Source: Antedon mediterranea (lineage: Eukaryota; Animalia; Echinodermata). From it: a DNA stretch of 64,000 bases. Each line of letters opens with the position of its first letter. Positions within the stretch are counted from its first letter, which is position 1. A program made the translations under genes and the position numbers. The notes below the pieces were generated by a model. It was not told the origin of the DNA. It was given only the letters and a program-made list of their open reading frames with translations, and did not search any database. The stretch is taken from the NCBI RefSeq assembly GCF_964355755.1, contig NC_092670.1:1726201-1790200 (forward strand), read 5' to 3'. Below, in pieces: positions 1-13,948 of this stretch.

Positions 1-424
1 TAATACACCGGGGTAACCCCCTACATTATGTTAATGTTGAATTATTAAAAAAAATTAGATTACTATTAATTTATTATAAGATCTCTAAATAATAACAATT
101 ACATTGCGCACATATGAAAGATGGTTGCGAATGACTGCTGCAGTGCATTAACAGTATAACCATCTTTGTCATCAACAGAAAGTCTACTATTTTGAATTGT
201 AAGGCAATTTAGGCCTATATCATCCCAGTATGTATGTAGGTCTAGGTTGAACACCCTTATGGATATATTATTATTCAAAAGCCCGAGATCCAAAATGCAG
301 ATTAGCAAAAACATACGCCCAGTTTACTTTTGGCTCCTTGTCAAAATACATTCTCTATTAGCCTCAGGGTATACAACAAATCAATATATTATATTCCAGA
401 GCAGGTGAATGTCATTTAGCCAAA

Positions 425-504
425 CACGTGTTTTATAGGCAGTCCTCTTTGGCTTGTTTATATATGACGTCATAAATCACGTGATATAATTACGCCTATT
501 TAAA
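425..504 (+). promoter_or_regulatory. Putative core promoter of the secreted six-Cys gene
   Basis: CACGTG at 425-430 and 478-483, TGACGTCA (CRE) at 465-472, TATTTAAA at 497-504, about 140 bp upstream of ATG 643. Confidence 0.45.
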
Positions 505-642
505 CGTCATCGTTCACTCGTTTTGCAGATTTGTTTATGAAGTTTAAAGGAACACACGAAAACTGTGACTAGTAGTAGTGTATATTACTGAAGGTATATT
601 ATCGTTTGTGATATTTTGCGAGATTTAAACATATTTTTCAAG

Positions 643-3600
643 ATGCAGCCTGACATTTCGAGAATGTTCTTGCCGGTTTTGTACGTAGTCAGTGTAGTAA
701 ATTCAGCGGTCATCAATTACTCGAGTTATTCCTACAGCTACGGTAAGATTTTATACCATCATTATTTATTACGATATATGTACACGATCTTAGCTATTTT
801 CAAAGTTAGAATAGGTTGTTTTGCAGCATAAAGCCCATGGACTCGACAGATAGACCTGAACTCCAATGTTTACAAAAGTTTTATTTTTAAAATACTGTTT
901 GGCAGCAGAATATTTTTGGTAGCAGAAAATAAAAAATATATTTCACTCTTAATTTCAATCGTTATGATATCATTATTCTTTAGACTAAAATGATATTATT
1001 TTAAGCCTTATTATTATGTTCTACTAAAACCAAATAATGAAATATTTTCATCGGATCGTAACGGAATCATGCGTAACGGAATTATTTACGAGTACACAGA
1101 CAAGCAAGCGTATGTTTATCAGGGAGTTGTAAAATAAGATTTGAATAATAAAATTAAATAATATTTTACAACTCCCTGTGTTTATGATAGTCGACTTAGG
1201 AATTAACAAAATTGGTTGTACCAAACTAACACCAACATCATTTAGTAACGTTGACAAGCGGATTCATTATCTGATTGGTCAGCTTTCATCGCGCCTACTA
1301 CACGCCCACTTGATTGACACCGGGTGGCATCAACACTTTGTTTTGATTCGTTTTATATCATTGACACTACACTGTCAAGCGACACAATCCCACGCTTGCC
1401 TAATGCGCTGGTAACAATGGAACAGCCTATTGTACGCGCGCGCGTTAAACACCAACACTTATTGTACGCGCGTCAATATTGATAGCAATGGTACGGCTTA
1501 TACTATACAGTACTTGATAAATATTGTTGTTACATTTAGGGCAGTTTAATTAATATGAATAGGCCAAACGGTTCACGAGAGTTAAAAAGAGCATTTGTGG
1601 CTACACGATTTACCACGAACACATGTTTTGTTGACGTGGACGCTTCTTTTTCTGGTTCCTAACCAGGTCTCTTTTTCCGGGCTGATTATTTACAGTAGCC
1701 TGACTGGCTATAAGTATAATTACAAGACAGGGTCACCCTAAATCCAGGTCAACTCAATATATTTTCAAAACATATGTAGTGTCATGTGGTCATCATAATA
1801 TTCAATATAAAATTTACCACGCCTACTTACATATTTAAAATATTAATAACATTATCAAAAAAAGGGTGGGGGGAGGGGGAGGGGGAATCCAATATATTGG
1901 TAAATGAAGAAAGGTATCCGCAACATGCATTATACCATTACACTTTTAACAATAATAGTACGCTAATTTATGTGTGTTTTTCTCCACGCTGTAACGCACA
2001 ACACATCGTGATGCGTATACGTAGTAAACGCACGCGTGCGTACATTTACCAGATGGATTTGATGACACGTTTCGTCAAAACGAAGTTTGGAGTATGAAAT
2101 ATAAATAACAACCGTATTGCTATCTTTAGCAAAGTCGATATAGGTAGCGTGTCCTTATAACCACCCCCCTAATCACTTTTATAAATCTAAAAAAAGCTTT
2201 AAAATAATTCCGGTTTTCTTATCTATTTCCGACCGCACGATTAATAGTTTCCGCGGCGGTCGATAGCATCACTGGTCATCCACATCTCATGATAGCATTT
2301 TTAATGTTTTACCTCCATAGTTTTACCGACCAAGTTTGTGTACATTAGTTTACTTCATGTAAAAAGAAACTTTTTTTCGAGAAGTGTTTCATTGGAAAGG
2401 GCATATTATAAGCCCTCGAATTTTGAAAATACACGCGCGCAATGTATTGTATAGGCACTTTCGTGGGTATCGTTATGAAGGAGTATGCAATGGGTCAAAG
2501 GTTAAGCTGATTGGCATCTGTCAATTTAGCTATTAAAGTCGAACGACATTTTGTACACTAGTCTGTTTCAACATTGTTTGAATTTCATGACCTCAATATT
2601 TAATATGGTCGAATTGGATACAATAAGCCCAAACAAAAATATTTTCTCGATGCACCCGGACCCCGGGGCGTATCCGAAAGGGAAATCATGTGAACGTTGT
2701 ACAACACATAATTTATCGTACGATGAAACACCGTAATTATCCATAGTCTGAACAGGGCATTTGACATTTAAACGAAGGAAACGAGTAAATGCTTTACTGT
2801 ATTGTCTTCGAAATCAACACTATGACTTTGTATTCATTATCAACTTTCATGTTCATTTGGCATACATGTTTTTATATCTATACAGACTCATCACCCGAAG
2901 AGACCGAAGTTGTAGGCAGTGGCGATGATATGAACCAAACAGCTGACGTGGACGCCGAAGACGTCGAGGTGTTTACGACAGAAATAGTTGACTTTTCTAC
3001 TATTCAGACGACAATGACCCCTAAACAAAGTACTACCACCGTGAGGTCAAACGCTAGGGTTCGAATCCCACAGACTTGCTGTGAACTTGGCGCTCTTGCA
3101 GCCCGACAAGGCTACTCATGCAGACCGGAGTCACACCGGGAAAAGTTACGGTAAGTTGCGTCGGATAATTTTAACAGGGTAACATTGTTCCTCACATTGG
3201 TTTCCCCACTAGTAGGAGGAAACAAAAGCACGTAAGCGTACCGTAACGTAAGTAATTTGACCATTCACGATGCGATGGAAATTGTCGCTTTTGTTTGGTC
3301 AACTCACTTGCGTTGTGTGCGCGTCTCTGTGTTACGCGTACGACGTCATTACGTTCAATTTAAGGTGGAACCAAGCTTACATAGCGTTTATACTTGTGAG
3401 GGGGACTTCAGTGAAGCCCTTTTTGTGAATAGGTTGGTTGTTGCTATTTTATTTTAAGATTTATGGGCCTAAATAAATTAAATGCTTTTTTTTCTTTAGT
3501 GCAAACACATTTCGTAGCGAAAGGCTTGGAAACCATTTGTACAAGACGAAGAACGCTCATCAAACAGCCAGAGAAGACCACAAACGAGTGGAAGCCCAGC

Positions 3601-3761
3601 TTAGAAACTTCAGTAAATGCGTAACGGGCCTAAGTCAGAAAATGGAGGACGATTTCATGGTCTGCTGCAAACGAACGTCGGTAGAATTGGGAGACGCAGG
3701 ACTTCCAGTAAAGCAGTCGTCTCGTCGCCAACAACAGCAGCCCCTTTACCCCTTTAATTAA
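643..3761 (+). CDS. Secreted 208-aa protein: signal peptide, acidic/Thr-rich region, anaphylatoxin (ANATO)/fibulin-like six-Cys motif
   Basis: Exons 643-742, 2886-3150, 3500-3761 with GTAAG donors and CAG/TAG acceptors; 627 nt in frame to TAA. N-terminus MQPDISRMFLPVLYVVSVVNSA is hydrophobic. Motif is TCCELG..x..C-x49-C-x14(..FMV)CC. Confidence 0.8.
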
Positions 3762-4409
3762 TGATCACATTTCCCGCCATTTCCACATCGTCTGCCAAAG
3801 TGCACTGCGCATGCGGAGATGACTCAACCAACATTAACATTTTTAAAAAGCCTACCTATAGATACAGTATCATTACTGCCACAGATTGTAGAACACTGTC
3901 CGATGTCTTTAGATCGACATTGAAGTTTCAAATCCAGTTTCGTTTTATTTGCGCCATTTTTATTTTCATAAATACAAATATTTATTGTAAATAATTATAT
4001 TATTAAAATGATGTTGTATTTATTTACTTCCAAATGCCATTCGAAATGGTACTTACATTATTGAATGATGCTGTAATATATTCCATTTATTGCTTTAACA
4101 ATTAGTTCCGTTCGTTTATCAGTAAACCTAATGGGTGGAAGGATGGAACGCGCGCGTATTGTATAAATTGAGAATAGTGTATATATAATATAATGTAAAT
4201 ATGAACTTATTGTACAGTAATTGGTGTAAAAAATAAATGATGTATAATGTCGTTCAATGATATTGAATTATTAATTTACTTTGGATTTTGTCTTCTTTCA
4301 AGCTTTTTGACGGCTGTAGACCGCCATACATTTGAGCCGAGAAAGCTTGCTTTTTAAACTGTAGTTCAAAGCTTGCTATTTAAACTGTAGTTCAAAGCTT
4401 GCTATTTAA

Positions 4410-7400
4410 GAGCCATTGTCTGTAAAAATCAAAGATTTGGTGGCAGATGTAAAAAAATGGATTTCTTAAAAATTTTTACCATGAATAGACATTTCAATAA
4501 AAAGCATATCTACAACATTCATTTCAATTTTTAGCCTCCGTTGCCATGACAACGGTCAATTATCCAAATTTTGATGTTTTTGCCATTTTTCACAGATTTT
4601 CTATAGTGAAAAAGTACAAACTTGTATACTTATTTTAACCAAAAATACTTACAGTATACAGTTTTTGTTTATAGCAGTGTAAACAACATGTATTGAGTTC
4701 CATTTAATGTAGAAAAAAAATAAATTACAAAATGGAGTTTGGTTGATACCATTATTTTAAAAAGGGGTGTTTTAAAAAAATATTTTTTTTATAAAAGTAT
4801 ACCTCATAAACGTACCTATAACTTCCAAAGTGGTGTTTTTAAATCAATGAGGTTTTTTAATTTGATAGTCAATAGGTTTGTCAACATTAATCACGAAAAA
4901 AACACTGGGGTAAATTTCGTACATAGGTTTTGTGTTGCCAGGAAAATACGAAAAATACAAAAAATATAACAATGATATCAACAAACAAAACACATGAAAC
5001 ACAATTTAAATATGGCTAATCCAATAATAAAATGTATATGTGGCTTCTCATAATGCTACTAGAGTCATACGAATATTTTAGATAAAATAGGAGAATGTGT
5101 TGCCAGGTTTATTTCAATTAATTGCCAGAAAAACAGTATTTTGCATTGAAATATGTAATTGATGGAAAATAATGTTAAACTTGGAAATAATTGCGTCAAT
5201 GGTTTTTATAAATTTTTAAATCTATTTTGTGTAATGAGATACAGAAAGACCTCCCAAAAAATCTGACCTTGTAAATAGGTCATTTGAGGTCAAAAGGGGT
5301 CAGAATGCAAAACAGGACAGGTCCCCACTTTACTACAACTATTAATGTTTGATCAAAATTTACAAGATAGTTCATAACAATTCTCAACAATTTTCTTATT
5401 TTACCTATAGTGTTACCTTAGCAACCATTTTTATGTGTAACTAAGGAAAGTAATTTTTTTTAAAACGTAAAAAATGGCGTTTTTATAAATACAAAGAATT
5501 ATTGATTGCATTTGTAATTTTTCTCAATTTTACTTCTACTGCATTCCATTAATGACAAACTTGACCTTGTAAATTCATTCATTTTGAGGTCAACATTTTA
5601 CCCTAGTAACTGTTTCTATGCAAAAATTTCATAAAAAATAAGGGGTTTTTCATAAATACAAAACATTTTTTCTACATAGTTTTACAAATTACATTTCTAC
5701 TTGTTGCCAAATTTACTTTAAATACTGAATCCTAATAAAATTGTTTACATATTGAGGTCAAATGACATCAACATTTTACCTATAGTGTATTGTAGCAACT
5801 GTTTCTATACGTAACTAATACAATATTTTTAATATGGGGTTTCATGACTACAAACAATTGATTACATAGCTTTACTACCTTTTCCCAAATTTACTTATCT
5901 ACTGAATCCCAGAAAATGTCTGACCTTGTGAAAGGGTCATTTGTCGGGTCAAGTTATGTCAAAATGTATTATTTATGTTATCTTAGAACCTGTTTCTATG
6001 CATAACTAAGGATAATTGTTTTTTTAAATACAGTTGAACCTCCCGTAAGTGGCCACCCTCGGGAGCTGGAAAAGTGGCCGCTTACGGGCGGTGACCCCTT
6101 ACGGGAGGTTCTGCCGATAAAGGGCCAAAATCACTTATTATGGCTATATACGATATTCTTAACGAAACGAGCCTCTCAATTTTCCAGCTAATTGTAGGCC
6201 TATTATTATTTATAATCAGGTGGTTTAGTATTTTTTAGCATTTTCAGACAAATTTTAAAAACTTTTATCATATGAAAAATGGTCGGTCAAAATCTGTGTA
6301 GTTTTCTCATCTCTTCACAGTAATGTTTTTAAAACCTCTTCAAAATAAAGCTAATATATAAAGAAATACAATATACATGCACCTCTAATTCATAGGTCCA
6401 TGCAATAAGTATTGCATTTTTCGATTGGCCGCTTACAAAAAATCTCATTTTTAGTATAAAAAGGTGCCCGCAGCTGCTTACGGTAAGCACCAAATGCACT
6501 AATTAGATAGGAAGAACAAACAGGCTTTTCAAAGTGCGTCCGTTAAGGGAGGTGGCCGCTGTAAATAAAATATGGGGTTTTCATGAATAAAAATAATCAC
6601 AGAAGAAAGTGCTTACGAATATGACCTTGTGAAACGGTAATTTGAAAATGCAAATAAGGCATGCCTGCTAATAATCTACAAATTTAAATTTGTATGAGAT
6701 AAATATGCAAAATCTAAAGAATATCTCATTTTTAGTTACCATAGTAACTGTTGCTATGCATAACTAAGGGAAATTAAATAATTATCAGATAATTATTAAT
6801 TAATAATTAATACTGAATCCAACCATCACAGTTAAAAAAATATAGAATTTAAAACCAATATTTAATAATAAAGTGTGATATTTTACATGCTGACCTTAAA
6901 TGAAATGAAATTTCAAATCAGGGCTTCAATATTTGTTATGTAGCATTAACATACCTGAGTATATCATTTACTTTTGATTGGTTCTATTTTGGGGAGGGAA
7001 AGTGGTGGATCCAGGACTTTTAAATAGTTAAGGGGTTGAAGGCGAGGGTCTAAAAACTTGCAGTTTATCTTTTTGTGGTTATAGTTGGTCGGGGTGGGGG
7101 GGGGTGGTCGTCGAAAGTGGTGGTGGATGGGCATGTGGGATCTGCTTAGGTTAGCAAATAAAAGAAGTAAACAAATGAAAGAGGAGCTTCAAAATAAGAG
7201 AGGAGTAATCTGTTGCAAAGATTAAAATTCACAACGATCTGATAATTTATTCAAATTTCCCGAGGATATAACCTATAAAATGACATTAAAACTGGGAATT
7301 ACAGAATCTATAATTAAAAATAATTTTTTTTTCTCACAACACAACTAGAACTATATAAAACATTAAGAATTTTTCTGACCAATGAGTTTCAAATCAAATA

Positions 7401-8006
7401 ATCAAAGAAAATAAAATGTTTTTACTAATATACCATGTTTTTTTTTTTATAAAAATGCCTATGTTTCTCGCAACACTGCTTGTAGATTTTAAATTTACCC
7501 CAGTATTTTATTTTAGAAATCAATTATTAAACATTAGAACTACCTATTTGTAATAAATCAGCTAAAAAAATACACCACTTTGGGCGTTATGGTGAAGTAA
7601 AGTTTAGTTGCATTGAACAATTTAAAAAAAGTGAAAAACACCCCTTTTTAAATAAATGGTATCTCCCAAGGTATGAAATAAAAAAAAATAAAAAAATTTG
7701 AAACAGGTACACAATGCATTGTTATTATGCATACACTAATTATTTTTTATAATTAAATGAACAACACAAAAATATCGTTCATCAAAGTAGTACCAATATC
7801 CATTTTAAAAAACCTTAAAAAAGGACAAAATTTGTCAAAAACACGAATTTGGCCGTTGCCATGGAAATATACGTGTGAAATAAAAAATACTTCATATCTG
7901 ATTTCTCTCAACACATATATAGCCATGTGCAAAATTTGAAAGAAATCCATTTTTTTGAGTCTGCCACTCTTTTTGATATTTCTTTGATTCTTACAGACAA
8001 TGGCTC
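4410..8006. mobile_element. Non-autonomous TIR DNA transposon, Kolobok-like (copy 1, 3597 bp)
   Basis: Termini GAGCCATTGTCTGTAA(a/g)AATCAAAGA ... TCTTTGATTCTTACAGACAATGGCTC. TTAA at 4406-4409 and 8007-8010. Purine-purine 5' terminus plus TTAA TSD fits Kolobok rather than piggyBac (CC terminus). No transposase ORF. Second copy at 41642-45550. Confidence 0.85.
6031..6560. mobile_element. Nested pogo/Tigger-like (Tc1/mariner superfamily) MITE remnant inside the Kolobok-like element
   Basis: Starts TA|CAGTTGAACCTCCCGTAAGTGGCCACC; partial inverted end GGGAGGTGGCCGCT near 6547-6560. Same remnant at about 43381-43910. Confidence 0.5.
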
Positions 8007-11000
8007 TTAAACTGTAGTTAAAAGGTTGCTATTTAAACTGTAGTTCAAAGCTTGCTATTTAAACTGTAGTTTAAAGCTTGCTATTTAAACTGTAGTTCAA
8101 AGCTTGCTATTTAAACTGTAGTTCAAAGCTTGCTATTTAAACTGTAGTTCAAAGCTTGCTATTTAAACTGTAGTATCAGAAAGAGAAAGGTAGACACTTT
8201 AATGAAGCAATTAAAAACAATGTACATCTTAATAAGTACCAATCAGACAGACAATAAGGTTGGGATACAATCGCAGGCCGCCGTCCGTATAACGAAGTGT
8301 TTTCTTCATACACAGTTGTTATACTTAGTCTGGCATTGCTTTCATTCGCGTCATCAGGTTTTTTTTTGGTCCAGAAAAAATGCTATACCTTGGTGACGTC
8401 AGTTCTGTTGTTGTCAGTGGGGGAAGAGTTTGCATTTAAACAGTCAAAATCTAGTTTTTGATGGTTAATATTTACTTTAAATGATAGGCCTAATATTCAG
8501 AATGGAAACACTACTTTTAGCCCTTATCGCTTGGTTATATATATAGATGTAGCTTATCTATTATGTACATCATTACAACAATACTAAGAAGATAGTAAAA
8601 TACTATACAAGTAAGTACAATCATGCAAGGCAGCCAAAGGGAGACATACGTACGGTTTTTGTAGAAAAGAATTATACAATAATGTGTAGGCATGTGATTT
8701 AATGTGTAGGCATGTGATTTAGAAAAAGTAGACTAATTCATGTACGTACAGCAGGAAAACAAACCCCATAGGCCTTGAATTGTTAAAGAAAATATAAACG
8801 TAATGAATTATACTTACAGATATCTACCCAAAATAAATTTAAAAAAAACAAAAATGATAATATATATCTACACTCTTTCATCAATTAAAAAAACAAGGAT
8901 TATTCGTGTGAGAGCATTTTAGCATTTGACGGTAGGCTAGAGGCATGTTGTACTACACATCGCTATTTAATTACGCAAACTATTGTATGTTAACGATGAA
9001 GATAGTTCAAAATGAGAGAAGGCAACCAAGCTTCCTGAAAATTAAGATGAAATAATCACCGAGAATTGGCTATTTTTAGTATTTTACATCAGCACATTTT
9101 CACCGTTTCACACATATTAGGCCTAATGATACCACGCACTTATTCCCACGGCACTCGCGATAAAAATCGCAAGAGTTGCTACTGAAATATAGAAATCTTA
9201 ATTGCATCTTTCACCTAACCAGGGGAATTGAAGGGCATAGACGACGTATTCACGGTGGCCGTTCGACGTCGTGCAATGATACACTGACGTTGCGGGAGCC
9301 ACGCACGTGCAGGAGGGCCCCACAAAGCAGCCAAGGGCAAATCGTATATTGTGTTAGATATGGATATCAACTTCTGTACGCGCGCATCAACTTGAGTTAA
9401 AGGGGTACTAAATATAGCCTATAATGTGACAACACTAAAACGTATTTAATAAAGGAGTGGAAAACCTCGAGGTGCTTTAGTGAAGTCATCATGTTACTAG
9501 TGGTTATAAAAAACGTCGAGTCTAACATGCAATACAAATCAAAGTCATTTCCAACCGTATGCACAAGATGACGTCACATAACGCCGTGAGTCGCGGTTAT
9601 GACGTCATGTTTTAAAGAACAAGTGGCGTGATATTGACGAAGGATTACTTCGATCAATGTTTCTTAATCGATGTGTTAAACATGATTTTTGTAATTTGCA
9701 GAAGGTCATGGAATTATATATACCAGGATTAAAATCACGTGATGGATGCTGAGAATTAGCTGAGAATTAGCGGATAGCCTCAACAGAGCTTGAGGTCTCC
9801 TCGAATCTTTCAAATTTTTCGCAGAGATTTGTTGTACTTTAAATGCTTCCCATGGTTGAAATAAAAAAAAAAACGTTTTAAAAAATTAGGGAGGAAAAAT
9901 GTTATAAAATAAAAAAAAAAATAAATCATGACATTTTATAAAACAATACAGTATATCTATGTTTTAGATTAGAAAACCAATTTTAAACTTGCGATAATTA
10001 ACAACCGTATAATCGGTGACAACATAAACTTGTTACGCGCGTGTACAAACTCCGTTCTGAAGAACTTGGTGAAAATATCGCCACTAGGGCGCGCTAGGGC
10101 AGGGCAGCATATAGGTCAAATATAAACTAGTCTTTCACGAAAATTGGCACTGAGCCAAGAAAATTTACTACATCGGAAGATAAACAAACCACCGGCAGGC
10201 TGAATTAATCACGTGTTGTAATTTATGAATGAAAATAGGAAGCGTAATTTGTCAATCCGGTTTCGATCTATAGTGGCGTGGTTCGCGGAATTAACAACTA
10301 TAGCTGTGCTGGTTGGCCACAAAACAAGGATTTCTTATTCTTATATGCCTCATATTCGTTAAAATAGTCACGCCACATTTTGGTGGTAATTTCTAGTTCA
10401 ATTAAACATTTTGTGGGATTACAATGTGTTTTAATGTAGGCCCTACCGGTAACACTCCTGTGAAATCTACATTTTTTTAAAACTTATATTATTATTACTA
10501 CACATTGATAGATTGAATAAATGGATAAATAAAAATCAAAATAAAAATACCGTAGGTGAGGGATAAAAGAGAAAAGAAGTGGCCTATACGTTGATCTTGA
10601 CCAGCCGCGCCCGTATTCTGATAAAAAGTTGTACTGTGTGTAGCGAGCGATAGACGACGCGCGCATTCAAATGGTGATGAAAAATTATAGTTTTTTGAGG
10701 CGCGCGGGTAAACTTTTGTATTCGGAATGCATAGGCCTAGGTATTATTCATTATTATTTTACGTGTTCAGCAAATATAAATAGCAAATAAGTGAGCTGCA
10801 CTATATAATTGTGGTGATTAAAATATTAAAATCATGTGATAGGCTATATCAGAGTAAATATTAATTTCCTAATCAAGAAAACATTTTGATTAATAACGAC
10901 AGGTCATCCGATGATAATCACGTGATCCAGCATGTATGGCGTGTTTTATCAATCATTGGTCAGTCCAACTTGCACGATTCTTATTTGATTACAATATCGT

Positions 11001-13948
11001 AATGATGTAGACGGAGATGTGGTTCGTGTTTGAATTCTCACAAAGAAGCCGCACGATGCGTTGTCACGCGTACATTGTCGCGCGCGTACCATGCTCTCAT
11101 GGGATATTATGCTAATGTACACCGGGCGGCATAGATATTGTATGAAGATGTACACGTGCAGAGGCGGTCATATCTCAACACCGCTCCTCACTAATAAATT
11201 TCAAATCAAGAAATTAATAGCTAGCATATGGTGAGTTTACGTAAAACAAATCAAAACATTTTTGGCCATGGTTCAACGAACGAATAAACTGAAGGGATCG
11301 TGGCGCATTTCTTTAAAGTCACGGAGAAATAGAAATTATGAATATTTATATCAGTAAATTTACGTTCAAAATTGATCAGCACGCAAGTGAGGTTTGCACA
11401 CGACACTCGCCTTGGTAATCGATTATCGTCTTAGGACATTGATTACCTCACAGTTATCATAGGCGGGTCCAGCGGGGTGGGGGCAGCCCGATCGGTCCTC
11501 CCCTAAATCAAAACAAATTACAATACAAAATAGGACATTAGTAGGCATAAGTTCACCCCATCATAATATTGTTCGGCCCTTCGGCAAACTTTATTATTTT
11601 AATAGGCATTAGGCCTATACAAACTAAAATATTGGTGGATTTTCTACCCCTTGTTATTCATGTTATCCTAAAGTTAAGTACAGTACAAAATCCTAAATCA
11701 CGTTTTAAATATGAAAACAAAACCAGGTGCTAGAGAAATTAACAATGAAAGGTGATATTAGAAGTCAGAGTGAACGTGAGCGTCGAGAGTTAGGTGCGTG
11801 GGTTACGTTATTTATTGATGTACATAACGAGTCAGTTTTACGTAATGGTTGTAAATCAAACTCGTACCACTGGATAACAACAATTTTCGCATGATGCGAG
11901 TGAAAAGTTCGAACTCATCTAAATTTCATGAACATATTAATTTTGGTGAATTTAGCTAACTCTGTACTATATGAATATGGTTTCCACTGGCTCATATTAC
12001 CGCAGCCAAACATTAACCGTTAAAAATTAATTAATTAAAATTAACCGATAAAGTTCCTGTGGAACGGGGTTAACCGATTCTACTCGAAAAAGAATTAACT
12101 GATAATTATCTCATTCAATTTATTTTTTAACGTTTGACCTAAAGGACAAATTGTTGCGTTGTGATTGGGCACTTGATTATGCGAGCCTTAAAAAAATAAG
12201 TATCTCTGATTGGTTAAACCATGGTTAAATATTAATCGATAATTGTCGTTATGGCTGCGGAAACACGGAACGGCACACGGCGTACGCGCAACACAAGTGA
12301 GTTGACCAATCACGAGTGACAGTTCGAATTATCCATCGATTGGTAAACATAATACTTTGCGTTTATTGGGTAGAGTGACATGTTTAACGCAACGACGTAC
12401 GCACAACATATTGTATAATTTTTATTTTATATTTTTTTATTTATATGATTTAAACTTAACTTTGGAATTTTGGTATTATTTTAAGATGGTATTTTCATTG
12501 CTTGTGAAACTGGGTGAGTGGGGAACACAGGCTTTAAGTCATAGTGATTAGGTACGTTCGCTTTTGTGTCCCCTGCCAGCTCACTCAGTTGGTTCTATTG
12601 TTTTTTTGTATACGTGTTCTTCGTGTATTTTATATTTGGCAATAAAAGAATAAGAATAAGAATAAGAATTTTACCAAAAAAAGTATCATCCACCACTTAC
12701 AAAATGAACTAAATAACGGACAGGCCTACGTCGGTCAAATGACGACTTAAATCATCCCGCATTAACGGATCTAAAATTATGATTCTGATTGTCATCCAAC
12801 GAAAATCCATCGGGATTAAGAAGTACGGTTAGCAACCTGTACAGAGGCGAATGAACCAATCTCCACTGCCTGCTGTATTTGTTTTTAAAGCAGAGATGCG
12901 TTTAAGGCCTGGGCCTATAAATAGCGGTGTGACATATTGATTGAACTTGAACTTGAACATCTGGAAGGCGTTGCCAAGGTCTTTTATGAACTTTGTTCAC
13001 ACAATGTTTACAGAAAACAAGAAACTCGCTTGTAATGCTAAATGACAATGTTTTTAATTGGTTCCCACTTTGACGCAACGACGCAAGGACGTAAAGGGCA
13101 CCGCAAGTAGATTGACCAATCATCGCGACGCGTCGACAGAATCATCCGAACAGGCTCTTGTGATTGGTCAACTCGCTTGCGTTGCGCATACGTTGTTGCG
13201 TTCAAGTGGGAACCAAGGTTTAGTTATTAAGAAGTAATCATTATCAACACAATTACTCCATTTAGGTTAAGGTACGTCTTCTCAAGATTTTTCTCCCGAG
13301 GGTCTGTATTTGCCGCATTCTTCGTATACAATGCCTAATTACTTGCTAATTGTGCTACTGGCGCCTTTTAAAGCCTGTTTTTAACTTGGCGAAATTAGTC
13401 GCGGCTGGTATCGAAAGCTTTTTATGTGCATGCGCACGTACGTACCATATCATAATATTTGTGACGGGAAACGACAAAAAAACATGCGAGCACGTACTCA
13501 TGATTTTTTTTAATTTTTTTTTTTGGAGGGAAATCGTAAAATTTGCAATGCAGCTAATAATAATAATAATAATAATAATAATTGATCACAGATCATGATG
13601 ACATCAGCCTTGAACTAGTCTTGATGACCCTAGCAAGCAGAATCTTGATTCCAAGCCAAATATCTATAATCAATGCACTAAGCAAAGGTTTGCCAATATC
13701 TTTAACACAATTAGAAACTAATCCTAGAAAATCCGATTTTTTGACCTTAACGATGACCTTTGGGACCGCGTACATTACCTTACTAATGATACCGTATTTA
13801 AAAACGTTTAGGGTAAAAGGCTGTTATAGGTTCACAACAAACATGGAGGTGATGATTCAAATTTGTCATTTTGATAGAAGATAGTATCCAGGGCAACACA
13901 TTTTCATAATAAACAAGTTACTGTGGTGGTGTTCGTGTGACTGATGCT

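Larger units (their letters stand above)
4342..8173. repeat. 26-bp minisatellite (AAAGCTTGCTATTTAAACTGTAGTTC), about 9 units, split by a transposon
   Basis: About 2.5 units at 4342-4409 and about 6.5 units at 8007-8173. Removing 4410-8010 restores an intact unit (gctat-TTAA-actgtag). Confidence 0.95.

Noticed and set aside
99-314. 71-aa minus-strand ORF
   Set aside because: No motif and no supporting exon structure within the window.
4739-7950. ORFs inside the Kolobok-like element as a transposase (repeated at 41999-45494)
   Set aside because: All are under 80 aa and AT-rich with no DDE, THAP or zinc-finger motifs; they recur only because the element is duplicated.
13555-13900. 100-aa ORF next to a (TAA)n tract, possibly a LINE 3' end or small gene
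   Set aside because: No recognisable RT, endonuclease or other motif in any frame I could read; unresolved without a search.
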